From Chiloscyllium plagiosum (lineage: Eukaryota), in assembly GCF_004010195.1 (NCBI RefSeq), contig NC_057728.1, positions 40,652,346-40,716,345 of the forward strand: a stretch of DNA of 64,000 nucleotides, in the 5' to 3' direction. Shown one piece after another: positions 25,414 through 39,324 of this stretch (positions within the stretch are counted from its first letter, which is position 1; every line of letters starts with the position of its first letter). The notes under the pieces are model-generated. The model saw only the letters and a program-made list of their open reading frames with translations, was not told the origin of the DNA and did no database searches. Both the position numbers and the translations under genes were made by a program.

Positions 25414-25894
25414 CTGCATCCAATGTTTTATGGCCTTATGGTGGAATGGATCTTTTCTTTTGAACTATGACCACTGGCTTCTCTTTCTGTAAATCTTAAA
25501 AGTTAAACCTAAGTACTTCAGAAATTATGTCACTGGCTCACTTTAGCTTAAATCGCATGATTTCTTGGAAATGTTATTTTGACACACTGCTAAATTAAGA
25601 GTTGTTAAACAGTAAAAACACAAATCATCTGCACGGAACTATAAAACTAAAACCATTTACCTCTATTTTATAATTCAAAAATGATAATGATAATAATAAT
25701 ATAAATTATAAATATTCATCACACACTGACCCTGCTGGATTTTCCTAATGTGGACAAGATTAATATTGTTGGAGAAAGCCACCACCTCTGTTAAATTAAA
25801 GTATAAGTAATGGAGACTTTCAGTATCTGCTGCAACATAATTTGGCCATTTATATCCGAAAAAGTGTGCAAAACCTTTTCAAATTTTAAATTTT

Positions 25895-27465
25895 GATTCG
25901 CTCTATGTGATATCAAGAAACAGTTGGAGGCATTGGATACTGCAAAGATTATGGGTGCTGACAACATTCCAACAATAGTATTAAAGACTTTTGCTCCAGA
26001 ACTTGCTGCTGCCCTCGCCAAGCTCTATTTATATAGTTACAGCACTGGTATCCACCCAACAAAGTAGAAAACTGCCCACTTATATCCTGTACACAAAAAA
26101 GCAGGACAAATCCAACTCGTTTGATTACTGCCCCTGCCATCTATTGCCAATCATCAGTAAAGTGATGCAAGGTGTTATCAGCAGCAGTTGTTCAGCAATA
26201 ACCTGTTCAGTGATGCCCAGTTTGGGTTCAACCAGGGCCACTCAGCTCCTGACTCAATACAGCCTTAGTTCAAATATGGACAAAAGAGCTGAATTCCAGA
26301 GGTGAGGTGAGAGTGATAGCCCTTGATAGCGAGGCTGTAGCATTAAGGAGCCCAGTAAAACTGGAATCAAAGGTCGTCAGGGAGCAAACTCTCTGCTGAT
26401 TGGAGTCATACCTGGCACATAGGATGATGGTTATTGTTATTGAAAGTCAGCCATCTCAGCTCCAGGACTTCTCTGCAGGAGTTCCTCAGGGAAGTGCCTC
26501 AGCCCAAATATCTTCATCTGCTTCATCAACGACCTTCCCTCCATCATAAGGTCAGAAGAGATCAGCACAATTTGCGATTCCTCAGATGCTGAATCAGTCC
26601 ATGTTCAAATGCAACAAGATCTGGACAATATCCGGGTTTGGATTGACAAATGGCAAGGAGCATTTGTGCCACACAAATGCCAGGCAATGACCATCTCCAA
26701 TAAGAGACAATCTAACCACTGCTGCTTGAATTCAATGGTGTTACAATCACTGAATCCCCCACTATCAACATCCTGGGGGTTACCATTGACCAGAAACTCA
26801 ACTGGACTCACCACATAAATACAGTGGCTACAAGGGCAGGTCAGAGGCTAAGAATACTGGAGGAAGTAACTCATCTCCTGTTTCCCCAAGGCCTGTTCAC
26901 CACCTACAAGACACAAGTCAGGAATGGGATGGAATGCTCCCCATTTGCCTGGATGGGCACAGTGCAACAACATTCAAGAAGATTGTCACCATCCAGGAAA
27001 ATCCAGCCTTCTTGACTGGCACCACAAGCATCCATTTCCTCCACACTGGCACTCAGTAGCAGCAGTGTGCACTATCTACAAGATGCACTGCAGAAATTTA
27101 CCAAAAATCCTCAGGCCACTTCCTAGAACAACAAGGGCAGCAGATACTTGGGAACACCACCAACTGCAATTTCTCCTCCAAGCCACTCCCCTTGGAAACA
27201 TATCGCTGTTCCTTCACTATTGCTGGGTTAAAATCCTGGACTTCCCTCCCTAAGAAGAAGGGCTTATGCCCAAAACGTCGATACTCCTGCTTCTCGGATG
27301 CTGCCTGGCCTGCTGTGTTTTTCCAGCACCACACTTTTCAACTCTTCCCTCCCTAAGGATATTGTTCAGCAATTCAAGAAGGCAGCTCACCACCACCTTC
27401 TCAAGGGCAACTAAGGATGCACAATAAATGCTGGCCAGCCAGCGATGCCCATGTCCCATGAGTTA
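25895..27465 (+). mobile_element. CR1-clade LINE (second family), RT through 3' UTR, frameshifted
   Basis: gcaggagttcctcagggaagtg (AGVPQGS); CFINDLPSIIRSE; MQQDLDNIRVWIDKWQ..F.PHKCQAMTIS; VAAVCTIYKMHC; 3' UTR caagggcaactaaggatgcacaataaatgctggcc. Confidence 0.88.
27255..27343 (+). mobile_element. Penelope-like pLTR family B inserted in the LINE, perfect 14-bp TSD
   Basis: cttccctccctaag occurs at 27241-27254 and 27344-27357. Confidence 0.88.
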
Positions 27466-27687
27466 CTAGAAAAATTTGGTGCACTTTTGCACAGGCTTGG
27501 AATTTGAAATTCAAATTAGGCAAATGTTCTTCACCTTGTTACCAAACAGGATACAGCAATAGCCCAACATTTCCAATATACTGTGCTGCATGAGTAAAAG
27601 AAAAATACCTTGGTATCGAAGTATGGCAATGAGGCTATATTGAGCAATGACATCAGATGCCCAAGATAATCCATTATCGTTTTTAAA

Positions 27688-27820
27688 TCTATTCTTGGGA
27701 TATGGGCATTGCTGGCTAGGCCAACATCTACTGCTTACTGCTAATTGTCCTGGAAAAGGTGGTGTGGAACAGCCTTATTGAGTCATGTCGTCCATGTGGT
27801 GTAACTATTCCACAGTTCTG
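27688..27820 (-). mobile_element. 3' tail of the second CR1-clade family, antisense
   Basis: tattcttgggatatgggcattgctggctaggccaacat...gaaaaggtggtg is similar to the reverse complement of 27370-27465. Confidence 0.6.
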
Positions 27821-29467
27821 CAGACTCCATGTGCAACTCTGTCAGGAGGACAGAAAATTAGGCATGAGCTCTGGTTATCCAGATTTCAACTGTGTGCAGG
27901 CACCTCCATAGACCCTCATTAAGAACTCCCACTCACCCATATCGAGGCCAGTGACAGAAGAGGAAAATGGACAGAGCTACAAACACCTTATTCCTGTTTT
28001 GGTGGTTCGTAGCATCAAGGAATAAGAGGGATCAAAGGAGGTGCAACTATTCTTAGAGAACCAGTCTGAGAATATATCATCCAACTGTGGAAGATATTTA
28101 ATTTAAAGGATTCTCTTCAGCCCTATTGAAGTGCAATGTATTTTAACATGGTGTGGCAGGTATTTAGCTGACTGTCAGCAGAGTGAATTACCCTGTCCTT
28201 TGCAGTCACTTGGGCTGGACAGATTTTTGAGGTAGATCATTTGAGGCCCAGATGCCAGCAAAGACCATTTAAATTTGGTCACCCGTTAGGTGAGGTCCCA
28301 GATCAAAGTTTAATGCAATTTTGGACACTACATGTGTTTCAACCATACAACAGTAGATTATTCAACGTAGGGACTTTATTGAAGTGAAGCTTAAGATATC
28401 TGCCTACAGGTTGTGTGATTCATGGTAGAGGTGACTTCAGCGGAATAAGACAGACATTTGTAAATGTTTGCATTTCATTCTAAACGAAATGTTTATCTGG
28501 TACCTAGCACACATCCATAAAACTGCACACAAGTTGGTGCACATTGTTACAGAAGGAAAGAAAACTTAAGAAAATCAGCCACTGTCCTTGGAGGCTAATT
28601 TATAAGCAGTTGTGACTGACCTTTGATTGAACTCAACAGTTATAAGTAGCTATAATTACCTAGAATTGCTGAATTAGAGCGGTGATCTCAGGGCACGAAC
28701 CAGTTAAAGATCCCAAACAAGACTACCTTTGAGCAATGCTACTGGAAACCACTAGTATAAATCTACCTTTATGTTTCATTTGAGTTGCTGCAATTTTACC
28801 TCAGTGTGCTTAACAGACTGTTGCGTTTTATGAAGGTTAGAGCAAAACAGGTGGTTTCTTACCATATATGGCTTTGGTAATTTAACACAGGAATATCATG
28901 TTTCTTTTTGGATGGAGCTTCTGTTGGACTAAAATAGAGTTATGCCATGTCCCACTGAGAGTGTGCTTACACTGACAGAAACCGCTCAAGTGTATTTTGT
29001 ACTTAAGCAGATATTGTTGATGTTGGGTCGTGGGAGGGAGGGGTGGAAGATGGTTATTCCATCATATGCTCACAGCTTAACTTACAGCTTGAAATTTAGC
29101 AGACGTGTCAAGGGCAGACAATCATTAGGAATCTATACTTATATGACAGAATATCGTCCCATAAGCTAGAGCTGTTTTTACACTGCTGTGAAAACAGCAA
29201 TGTGGAGCTGCTTGTGTTCTCACTATGTAAAGCTGACATCCTGCCACAAGCTTCCTGCCACTGAACATGCCCCACAAACATCCATAGAATATTTTCCATT
29301 GCATTTATCCAGCAGGCTCAAGGTAATCTTTTTATACTGGATATGGCAATAGTGGTTACAAGCCTATACCAAGTCACTTAATTTTATTAAATTTGCCAAT
29401 TTAATGCCAATTCTTTTGAATTATTTGTAGCTTTATCATTATGAAAGCATTGCCATGAGTAAAAAGT

Positions 29468-29640
29468 TTAGAGTCATAGAGTTATATAAGTTTACACCAT
29501 GGAAACAGGCTCTTTGGTCCAACTGATCCATGCTAACCAGATTTCCTACACTAACTGGTCCTATTTGCCTGCATTTGGCCCATGTCCCTCTAAATCTGTC
29601 CTGCCCATGGATTTGTCCAAACACCTTTTATATCCAAATG
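29468..29640 (-). mobile_element. HER1-like LINE 3' tail
   Basis: ttagagtcatagag...catggaaacaggctctttggtccaactgatccatgc. Confidence 0.75.
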
Positions 29641-31509
29641 CTTGAGATCCTCAAACTCTGTCTTCCTGGGTAAGAAGTGTAAGGTTCCAGTGCTCACTGG
29701 TTTGAAGCCTAGAATGAGGGTGATAATATTGTGAACCCCGGGCAGAACTTTACTGGTTCCCAAGACACTTAAATGGAGACAGGAAGCTGGTAAAATCGCA
29801 GCAAGCCAAATTGGATCTGCTCCATGACTAAGTCTTGTCATCAGTAAAAATGAAGGGCAGCCAAATTGAAAATACTTAGACCTCACTAGCGGCCATTTTA
29901 CCAGAAAATCTGTGCTTCGTACATGGCGAATTGATCCCAATCTATGGGAAGACCAAGGTGCTAATGGCTTTTTAGCAGAGGTTTTGGAGTTGTGAGGGGG
30001 AGAGGGAATAAAAAGTTTAATCAAAGAGATGGTCATAGGTAAAGAAGGCAGTGCCTGAAGCTTCAGACATTTCTTCTGAGTAATTTCCCTCCATCAATCA
30101 GAAAAATGTCTTGCTGAAAATGAAGGGTGCCCTGGTCAAACTTCAGCATTAATAATAACCTTATCACCAAGACATTCAAGAATAAATACTAAAATCATGG
30201 TACAGAGTAGGAAAGAAGCATTCCGGAGTTGAATTTTATAAAACAGTGGTGACATGTCTTCCCCCGTCCCATTATAAAAGTCAGAAGTGAGCCTGCCTGC
30301 ATTTGTTGAGCATGCCCAAAGTCAATTAATGACGACTGGACCTTTAAGTTGGTTTGTAAGAGCTGTTGCTCCATGGCCAGTTTAATGGCGAGTGGTTCTC
30401 TTGTTTCAGCAAAATTAGCAGGAGGAGTGGCCACTGCAGGGATTGGACGCAATCACAAAAATGAGGAGGCATACAGACAGGAGGAAGGGAAGTCTGCAGG
30501 TCTCATTAGGGATAGACTGGTAGGCCTCAGTGATGGGGTTTGGGGTTAAAAAACAATAGGGCAGGTAGGAGGGGAGAAACTTAGAGGTGTATGACCTTGA
30601 GAATGTGATCTCCAATGGGCACAATGTGCCCAACCAAAATACACCCTCTCAGCCCAGTCGTACTGCCAGTAGGTTTCACCTGGTAGACTGGACACTGGGC
30701 CACAGCCTTCCTGGCATGGGAGAAATCACAGTGGTGATAACAGGAATCCCTGAAGGGGCCATTGATTAAAAATAATGAGGAATAGTTTTAGAGAGGCTGT
30801 TGTGGAGTCATAATTAGCAGCATCCTCACAGATAGGTTAGAGGAATAGATGAACTATCCACATTAAGCTTGTAATTGGTACAGGGACTGTAATTGCAAGC
30901 CTGCTGTTTTTAAGTGATGCAGTTTGGTGCATTAAACAGCATGAGAGGTTGTTGATGCATTGGATAAGAGATGCATTCCAAATGCACTTATTGACCTTGA
31001 CCACTTGTGTGAAGCTATTACACTTATTATGCCACTGCTGTCAGGGGCTAGACTGTTCATCCTGGCCACCCATTCCTATTCCCCCTGGAGAATTCTCCTT
31101 GATGGCCTCTGAGAAACATGGACTCTCTCCTCCTCTCTAATAAACGTATCAGTGTCCCATCCATAACCCCTCCCTCTTTGATGGTGCTCTAATTGTACAG
31201 CTCATACAAGCAGCCAGTTTCAATACAGGAAGCCGACAATAGTTCTCTCCCACTGTTTGCTGCTCCCCTCTGAGAGGGTCAGGTTCCTTTTTAAGAGGAG
31301 AAGGCTAGCTAACATCAGTACACTGCAGGGCCTCCTGCTGGTTGTTTGATAAATCTGACCCAGTTCAGACCATCACTGCAATCGAATAGGAGACAATATT
31401 AAGTGTGCTATCTGCCTTCCAAGCATTAAAAACTCCAACTGCATTGATAGATTACAGAAGTTTGGCTGTTCTCCTTGCAGGCGTGAAGTTGGGAAGGAAA
31501 TGTAATATG

Positions 31510-31990
31510 TTATTAAAATCATGAGGAATCTGAGTTAAAACTCACACAACACCAGGTTATAGTCCAACAGGTTTAGTTTGAAGCACTAGCTTTTGGAGCG
31601 CTGCTCCTTCATCAGGTGGTTGATCATGAAGGAACCTATTGGACTATAATGTGGTGTTGTGTGATTTTTATATTTGTTCACCCCAGTCCAACACTGGCAT
31701 CTCCAAATCCTGAGGAATCTGGACAGAGTAGAGAGAGAGAAACTGTTCCCATGGCTGGAAGGATCAAAAACAGATGGCACAGATTGAAGGATAATGACAA
31801 CAGAAGCAACGGGGACATGCAGCAACATTTACTTTACATGAGTGCATCCAGGAATGCGCAACAGTCTAAGAATATGATGGAGGCGCATTTAATTAAGGTA
31901 TTCAAAGAAGAAAATGGATTGATCATGAAAAGAAAGAATATTCAGGGCTGGGGAGCAGGCAGTGAAGAGGCACTCAGAGAATTGCTCTTT
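31510..31990 (+). mobile_element. Old CR1 3' fragment hosting a Penelope-like insertion
   Basis: Removing the insert rejoins aaaatcatgaggaatctggacagagtagag...aaactgttccc (KIMRNLDRV...LFP). Confidence 0.6.
31533..31704. mobile_element. Palindromic Penelope-like mini-element family A with about 17-bp TSD
   Basis: Inverted arms cacacaacaccaggttatagtccaacagg / cctattggactataatgtggtgttgtgtg. Flanks are aaatcatgaggaatctg (31516-31532) and aaatcctgaggaatctg (31705-31721). Minus-strand hammerhead at 31584-31618 has GAAA changed to AAAA. Confidence 0.82.
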
Positions 31991-32104
31991 CAGCCAGCCA
32001 ACAGATTCAAGATGACTCAAAAATCTTTCTTCTGGGCCATAAATATGAGATGGTTCAATGAAAATGGGCAAGCCATGAACTGTAATTCTGACTTCCAAAA
32101 GTGG

Positions 32105-32356
32105 GTGAATTTTGGGGTCAGTTTATCTGGGATGCAAATTTGATGCATACTTTGATATAAACCTGAATAATAGAACAGAGGATGGAGCATTGACTAAAGC
32201 TGGTGAAAGGAAAATGCACAGGAAAAAACAGTGAATTTTGGGGTCAGTTTATCTGGGATGCAAATTTGATGCATACTTTGATATAAATCTGAATAATAGA
32301 ACTGAGGATGGAGCATTGACTAAAGCTGGTGAAAGGAAAATGCACAGGAAAAAACA
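32105..32356. repeat. 126-bp tandem duplication (2 mismatches)
   Basis: gtgaattttggggtcag...ggaaaaaaca occurs at 32105-32230 and 32231-32356. Confidence 0.95.
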
Positions 32357-33543
32357 GGTAATCATCATGTAAATACTGAATCAACATTTGGAACAACTTT
32401 TCAGTGGAGACATTGACATAGCACAATGTGAAAAAACAGAGATTTCTTTATTCCAGTTAATTGAGTTTACACTGGAACAATGGATTTCTTAATCCATAGA
32501 TGTCTCTGATGTTATGTGTAAAATGAACAATTCAAAGTGTAAAGATGGTGAAAAAGATGATTAAACATTAGCTAAAATGCTGAGACAAGCCAAGTGGCTC
32601 AAGTTGCATTCTGAAACATCATGACTTAATTTGTAATAAAACAATTTATTTTTTCTAAATCAAATCTTTGTTTTGCTCACTTTTGGTGAATAAGTAATGT
32701 TTTTCTATAACCCTGCATATCCTGGCCAATTGCCTTTGCTTGGATGGCTGGGTAGTGGTGCTGGAATAGAGTTTCGAACAAGTTAAATGGGAAAACTGTT
32801 TTCAAACAGGACATAAGCATATAATCATAAGAACTTCTCCTCAGACTGAAATGTTCATATTTCACAAAAACCTATTTCATACGTATTTCTATTGGCCGAA
32901 TCCACTGCATTAAGGACCAGTAATTGCAGACTCTGTGGTTTTCTGCCATTAGTAGATTCCTACTGTGGATGACCCTGTATTCAATATTGAAAAGGGCAGC
33001 CAATGGAGCCTAAATATTATTTTTTACATTTTGTCACATTTAATATAAAGGAAGTGAGAGCAAATTGCAGTCTAATGCACTAAAGAGGAGCACTTGCAAA
33101 AAAAAGTACTTTCTCATAAATACTTAAGTGCAATAAAACAAGAGAAACTTCAAAATGCAATGTTGGCAGGATCATCATTATCAGTTGCCAGGAGCCAGAC
33201 AAAATTTCCTGCGCTGCAAAATTAAATATTTACAACAATAACTTGTAGGTAAAGAAACAGAATGGCAGTCCTGTGTAGCAACAGTGATGCATATCTTTTT
33301 TAACATTAACAAGTGCCAGGCAAAATTGCACCTTTATATTTGTTCATTCACTTAAATAAATCAGAAGCTATCAGGGACAGTAACTAGATGAACTTAGGAA
33401 CATACAAACACAAGCAATTGACTTGGTCCTGGTCTCTCCAGTTTAATATCTGAGGACAGCTTGTAATTCTAGTCATGTCCACCACTGGTGCTGCTGAGAC
33501 AACAGAGCTGCTGACCAATCAGATTTACTGGCAGATTTTAGAC

Positions 33544-33848
33544 TAGATTAGATTCCCTACAGTGTGGAAACAGGCCCTTTGGCCCAACCAGTCCACACCA
33601 ACCCTCCGAAAAGTAACTTAGCCAGACCCACTTCTCTCTGACTAATACACCTATCACAATGCGCAATTTAGCATGGCCAATTCACCTGACCTGCACATCT
33701 TTGGACTGTGGAAGGAAACCAGAGCACTCGGAGGAAACCCGCGCAGACACAGGGAGAATGTGCAGATTCTACACAGACAGTCACCCAAGGCTGGAATTGA
33801 ACCTGGGATCCTGGAGCTGTGAGGCAGCAGTGCTAACCACTGAGCCAC
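33544..33848 (-). mobile_element. HE1-like V-SINE, near full length
   Basis: Minus-strand head gtggctcagtggttagcactgctgcctcacagctccaggatcccaggttcaattcc; (TAGAT)n tail with acagtgtggaaacaggccc. Confidence 0.92.
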
Positions 33849-34989
33849 TGACCTTCACCCAAGTGATGGGCAGACTTGTGGCTTCCTGCTGAATATTAAA
33901 CAGTGGGGGCAGCAGTGATTGGTAGGGATGTATTCCCCACAGACTCTTCCAGAGTTGGGGCTGGAAATTTCCCTTCAACCATCTGAAAAATCCTGCTCAA
34001 TCATGTCACTGTTGTAATCAAATCTTTCAATGATCTAACTCAGTTCTCTGCTGCTTGGCTAATGTTTGTACATTTCATTCAGTTGCCCTCTGAAGTTCCC
34101 AGATTGGAATAGAAACATGCAGCATCTTATTGACCAGAGGACAGTTTTAAATGTTACTTCTGTCTAGATTAGTAATTTATGTCAACATGCCAGAGTGTGG
34201 AATGCAGAGGGGGAGACCTGAAAATTTACGCTGCAATCCAGAAAGAACAACATTTTTATTTATCCCTGTTCCCCATCTGACTTAAAAAAAAATAAAAATG
34301 AGAAGAGACAGCATATAAATCAGCGAAAATTTAAGAATATATTTCATTGCAAATTGAAGATTCATAAAATAATTCCAGTTGGGACCTGAAAAGGAAAAAA
34401 AAAGCAGGTCAAATTTCATGAAGCTCTCTTCTGTACAGGTTGCCAACAAGTCCTGTTCTTGAGTCCAATTCTAAGTCGATTTGTACGCAAGTTAGAATAC
34501 AATGCTCAACAAAATAAAGTAGCCATTCATAAATATAAGGAAAGTTCTTATGTCAGGTCTTTAAAACTAATATAACCATACCCCTGTATTAAACTGTGTT
34601 CCTAATTCAGACATTAGTAAATTGGGAACCATCTATATTCTGGTTGTAACATCATGATATGACTTGCACACTGCTTTTATGGTATTTGACTAGTTTCTGT
34701 GCTAACTTTATGTCAGGTGAGCAGTGTAGAATCATGGGTAAGTCCTGTTGTGCTAACAAATAGCATTTGTCATCAGTGATGCATGCTGACATAAGGGGCA
34801 AATGGAATTAGGATAGAGCCTGCAAGTTTTCTCCTACCCACTTTATTATCTAATAATAAAGATTGTTGTTCATCAGTGTGAAAACAGATTCACCTTGTTC
34901 TACAACCTCAAGAGGACTTCACTATTAGAAAAAAAAGAATGTATGCTGAAATCTGCCTCTGTAATTAGTAAGTAAAGTCTATTAAGGAC

Positions 34990-35153
34990 TATAGGATTGC
35001 TCTCTCATTAGTCAGAGATGGCTAGTGGTTTAACCTGAGGGTCATCAAGCCTCAGGCATGGGGTGAGATTGATAAGGTGGGATCCTCATAGTCACTTCCA
35101 CCAATTAAATCCTTGCTGTTAGTATCGTAAACTAGCTATTCAGCCAACTGAGC
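34990..35153 (-). mobile_element. Old tRNA-derived SINE fragment with an internal hairpin
   Basis: Minus-strand head gctcagttggctgaatagc; internal stem cctgagg...cctcagg. Confidence 0.5.
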
Positions 35154-35695
35154 ACCTAACTCTACTGTAGAAGTGAGGGGGAAGAAAGCTACCAAAAGAT
35201 ACGATAATACTTTCAGTTGGCAATTAAATTCTAAATCAGGCTCCAGGATGAAGAGTTTTGCTATGAACCAAGTATGTTTATAATCTGAGGGAAATGGTCA
35301 GACCACCAAAAAGGTGCTCAGGTTCTCCATTGGTGAACCGGTCTGTGGTTCTAGTCCAATTCAGATGTCAACACCTCCCCATATCGTGACAAGTACATCT
35401 CAAAGGTCAGACATTTATGTGAGAGTGAAGAACTCACAATATTCCACATTATTGATGAATGTTGCACCTTCTAGAGCTGCTGGCCAATCTCCTCAGACTG
35501 CAGGCAGGCTCACAGAAGGGACCTGATCGGATTCTAGATCCAGGCAGATCATGAGGCTCTGGGCAGAGTTTTTTGTCACCGAAGGGAAGGAGTAAGAGGT
35601 GTGGATGCTGGGTGTTAAAGGTTGTATGGTAGTAAGGAAAGGGGATCTACAATCTTCAAGAGGTGGTATCCCCAGTCAAAGAGCACACTCCAACG

Positions 35696-35890
35696 ATAGG
35701 AGCAGGAGTAGGCTATTCAACCTCTGAGCCTGTTCCATCATTTAATGAGATCATTGCTAATCTGTGGCTTAACTCCATATACATGCCTTTGGCCTATATC
35801 TCTTAATAGCTTTGCAAAACAAAATATTATCTATCTCAGTTTTAAAATTAACAACTGATCCTGCATCCACTGTGGTTTGTGGAAACAACT
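35696..35890 (-). mobile_element. CR1 3' UTR remnant
   Basis: ataggagcaggagtaggctattcaacctctgagcctg resembles the tails at 600-640 and 10770-10810. Confidence 0.7.
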
Positions 35891-36324
35891 TCCCTGTAGA
35901 AAACACACCCAGGAGGAATGTGCAATATCCAGCCCAATGTTATGTATCTCATCAAATGTTTGAGAACTGAATATCACAGGGAGTCCTTTGAAACTTTCAA
36001 ACTGCTTGTTTTCTACTGTTAAACATCAATTCCTTTAGTCTGTAAAGCTCCAAAACTGCAATCAAAACAGTGAATTTTATAAAACAATTCAAGGTAGACA
36101 GTGATCCAAATTCCATTTTTTTTTTAGTATACTTTCTTCATAGTCATTCTTGGGATATGAGCAGTGTTGGCAATGTATTGGCAATCTATTGACCATCCCA
36201 TTGCCAATCTAAAATGTAGTGATGAGCCATAATTGACTCACGTGGCTAAACACATTTAACAGAGAGTCAATGTTCTGTCATTGGTTTAATTTCCCCTTAC
36301 ATAAAAGGTGGAGGCAATGACCTA

Positions 36325-37452
36325 GTTGACTGACTACACTGACATGATTATATTGAAAAGAAGGACTCTAGGTAAAACAGGTACCGACATACCAGAATGT
36401 CACAAGGCACAATGTGATGTGTATGGAGTGTCAGGGTGCCAAATATGTCATTGAGAGCCTAGTGTGGGTCAGGAGGGGTGGGTGTATTGGGGCTAGTGGT
36501 GGCATTTTGAGGGATGTCAAGGCCAACGACTGTTGGGGTTGATTGGAGTTGTTGCTCTTTCAAAGGTCACAGGCTTTTACCTGTAAATGGTGTTCACACA
36601 AAACAAGAAGTAAGGATAATATTTCTGTGCCATTTTAGAATGTTTGCATCATTATGGGAAAATATGACGGTTTCAATTGACTTCTACACATATGAAAGGT
36701 CCTTTTAGTAATGAAATAGTTTTTTGTATGTTTATTTTCTGTATTTTGTTTTACTTTTTTTTCAGAATGGCGATGTCCTTTCAGCACCTTAAAACTGCCA
36801 GGTTTTTTTTGAATCAGATCAGCAGCAGCTTTTCATGTTTGTGTCTTTTAAAGAGAGAGAGATGTGAAATACGCAATGCTTCACTGTAGGTTTGAGGCCT
36901 TTAGTTTTATTTTTATACTTTAAATTTGGTTGTAGTTGTAATTTCAGTCTGGATTTGGACAGATGATGGTGACTGTTAGGAAAATGACTTTTCATAACTA
37001 TCACGTTTTTATCCTTTAGCATTCACTTATTGCCATTAACAAATTATTACAACTAGCTTTTAGTTCTCACTTGCTGCCACCATGATGCACTTTGTGGTTT
37101 TCCGGATATTAGCCTGTGTAACATAGATGTAGACAGTCAAGTTCTATTGAATCAGATACCTTGTAATTTATTTACAAAACCAAGTATTTACAGAGCCACA
37201 ATATCACAAACTTACACACATAATCTGGGTTCTATACTTACTGATATAATGATACTTAATAACCACATGTTGACTGACTACACTGCTGAAACTTTATTGC
37301 TGGAACAGCACAGCAGGTCAGGCAGCATCTAGGGAACAGAAGATTCGACGTTTCGGGCACATGCCCTTCTTGACATTATTACATAGAAAAAGGGAGACTC
37401 TAGGCGAAATATATACCTATATATCAGAATATTACAAGTCATAATGTGATGT
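36325..37452. repeat. Old dispersed direct repeat of about 95 bp (36325-36420; 37269-37452), second copy split by a pLTR fragment (about 37284-37370)
   Basis: gttgactgactacactg|acatgattatattgaaaagaaggactctagg...aatgtgatgt versus gttgactgactacactg[insert]tgacattattacatagaaaaagggagactctagg...aatgtgatgt. Confidence 0.7.
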
Positions 37453-39324
37453 AACCATCCTAAAGATAAAAGAATATCTAATCAGGAATCTATGCCTATG
37501 GTTGTCAAAAGCAAATCCATCCCTAACCTACACCTATGGTCCCATCAGCAATTATCACCCACCTGCCCACAATAATAAATGATCCCTTATTTATTTCCCC
37601 CAGATACACTTGACCTGATCATTATCTCTTTTGGGGTAGGTATGCCACATCTTGTTCCATTCAGCCACTTCACAGACCACTTTTCCCTGGAGCAAGGATG
37701 CTGGGAGGGAGGGCAGACATTTTGGCCCGGTGAGAGTTTCTTTCACAGTACCATGTTACACTTGGAATTATTGCACATGGACAGCCAGAGCTCTGCAAAC
37801 TCCCATCCCCATCTCTTTCTGTTAATGCAGGCAGCGCGCAGGTATCCATGCTAATGTCTCTTACTGCTTCTTTCCTTCTGCCAAAAAAGAATAATGTACA
37901 ATAAAGCATAGTGGTGGTGGTGGGAGAGACTGTGCCTGATGTAAGGCTCTTCTTCCCCTTCAAGGAATAGGCCAGTAAGCTGGCAGGAGAGCAAGAGGAA
38001 TGTGCCCAAGCTGAAGCAGAGTTTGGTTCATTGCAGACATTTACTGAGAAAGCCCTAAAGCAACTGCTCACATTGGACATCAAGCAACAATGTCTCAATA
38101 ATGTCAGTAACGGTCACAGTAAGGATCACAACATTTTAAGAAATCTTTATGTTTTACTCTGTAGCCTCCAGAGAATAGGCCCAATTCCAACAAAGTCCAC
38201 AGCACCATTCTGAGGAGGAATAGTCAGGCCTCTCAGAGAATGCAACATCGCAGTCTTCTACTCCACCCTCCAACCAAATAGAATAGGTTAGAGAAGGAAG
38301 AAATGACCAAGGTCTCTGACACCTGGAGAATACCTGGAGTTGGAGAACAAGCACCCTTTGAGCTCAATACAGATGATGGACCCCTAGACTTGGCGATTAA
38401 TGAGCAGATGGAAATGCAGAGGCATGCAGGGGGAATATCTGAGGGAGGTTTCAGAGATCTTGCGCAGAGTTTATTGAAAGGCAGAGGAGTCTCTTTGACT
38501 CCAAGCTGATCTGACATTTCCAGCAAGTGAACACATGGCTGACCTCATGGACTAGGTAGGGGCCGCTGTGGAGAGTCAGGTATTCACGTACTAGGTAAGA
38601 GTGGGCAAAGGGACCTTGACACCCTCCTGGTGCCCAATCCTCTAAAAAGGTGAGGGGAATGCCATTGAGCACAATAGGGAGATGGTGTGTCAACTAGGTA
38701 CTTGGTAATTGCCTTGCTGCACACCACCCCTCAACCAGGAACCCAGGCACATCCAGCAGGTTAGAACAAGGGAGAATGCGCCTGCACTTTTTCAGGAGAC
38801 CCACAACAGGCCAGAGCCCTCGAGGCTCAAACTGATAAATAGCCAACTCATCTGAGACAAGGCAATAAAGCAACCAGGAAAATTTCTAAGGCTCAGCTAA
38901 CGAGGTGGCACCAACATGCAGTGGTAGGAAAAGGAAGATTAAACATCTCCCTCAATAATCCCGTGCTTCTCCCTGATCCAATTACACTTCCCTGTTGTTC
39001 AATCACCTGATGTCCCTCCCAACACACCTAATCACCCTGCTGTATTCACACCTATAACATCCAGCTTCCAGCTTTCCTTTTGTCCCTTGCCCCAATCACT
39101 TTTACTCTCCCTTTGCATCATCCATTCCCATAATCCATCCAGTGCCCCTCATGACTACACCCTTTTAAATATCATTCCCTAAATTTCCTTTCCACCCAAA
39201 CCACCTTTCTACCAATTTTTGAGTTTATTCCCTGCCCGCTCCGCCATTGAATTTGACTCCTCCTTCAACTGAGCCTTGCTTTGCCTAAATTACTGGAATC
39301 AGTCAGTGTGGCTGCCTCCCTTGA

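Noticed and set aside
31616..32143. 175-aa ORF
   Set aside because: It is a chance read-through of a pLTR arm and an out-of-frame CR1 remnant, with no recognisable domain.
33780..33848. tRNA genes at SINE heads (also 7717, 19540, 49070, 56110)
   Set aside because: A/B boxes are present but run directly into SINE bodies, with no complete cloverleaf.
34300..34410. Minus-strand splice acceptor (polypyrimidine + cag)
   Set aside because: The downstream frames are short or uninformative and no matching donor was found.
37460..39000. Possible Harbinger-associated Myb/SANT-like remnant or host exons
   Set aside because: The composition is suggestive, but I could not read any diagnostic motif.
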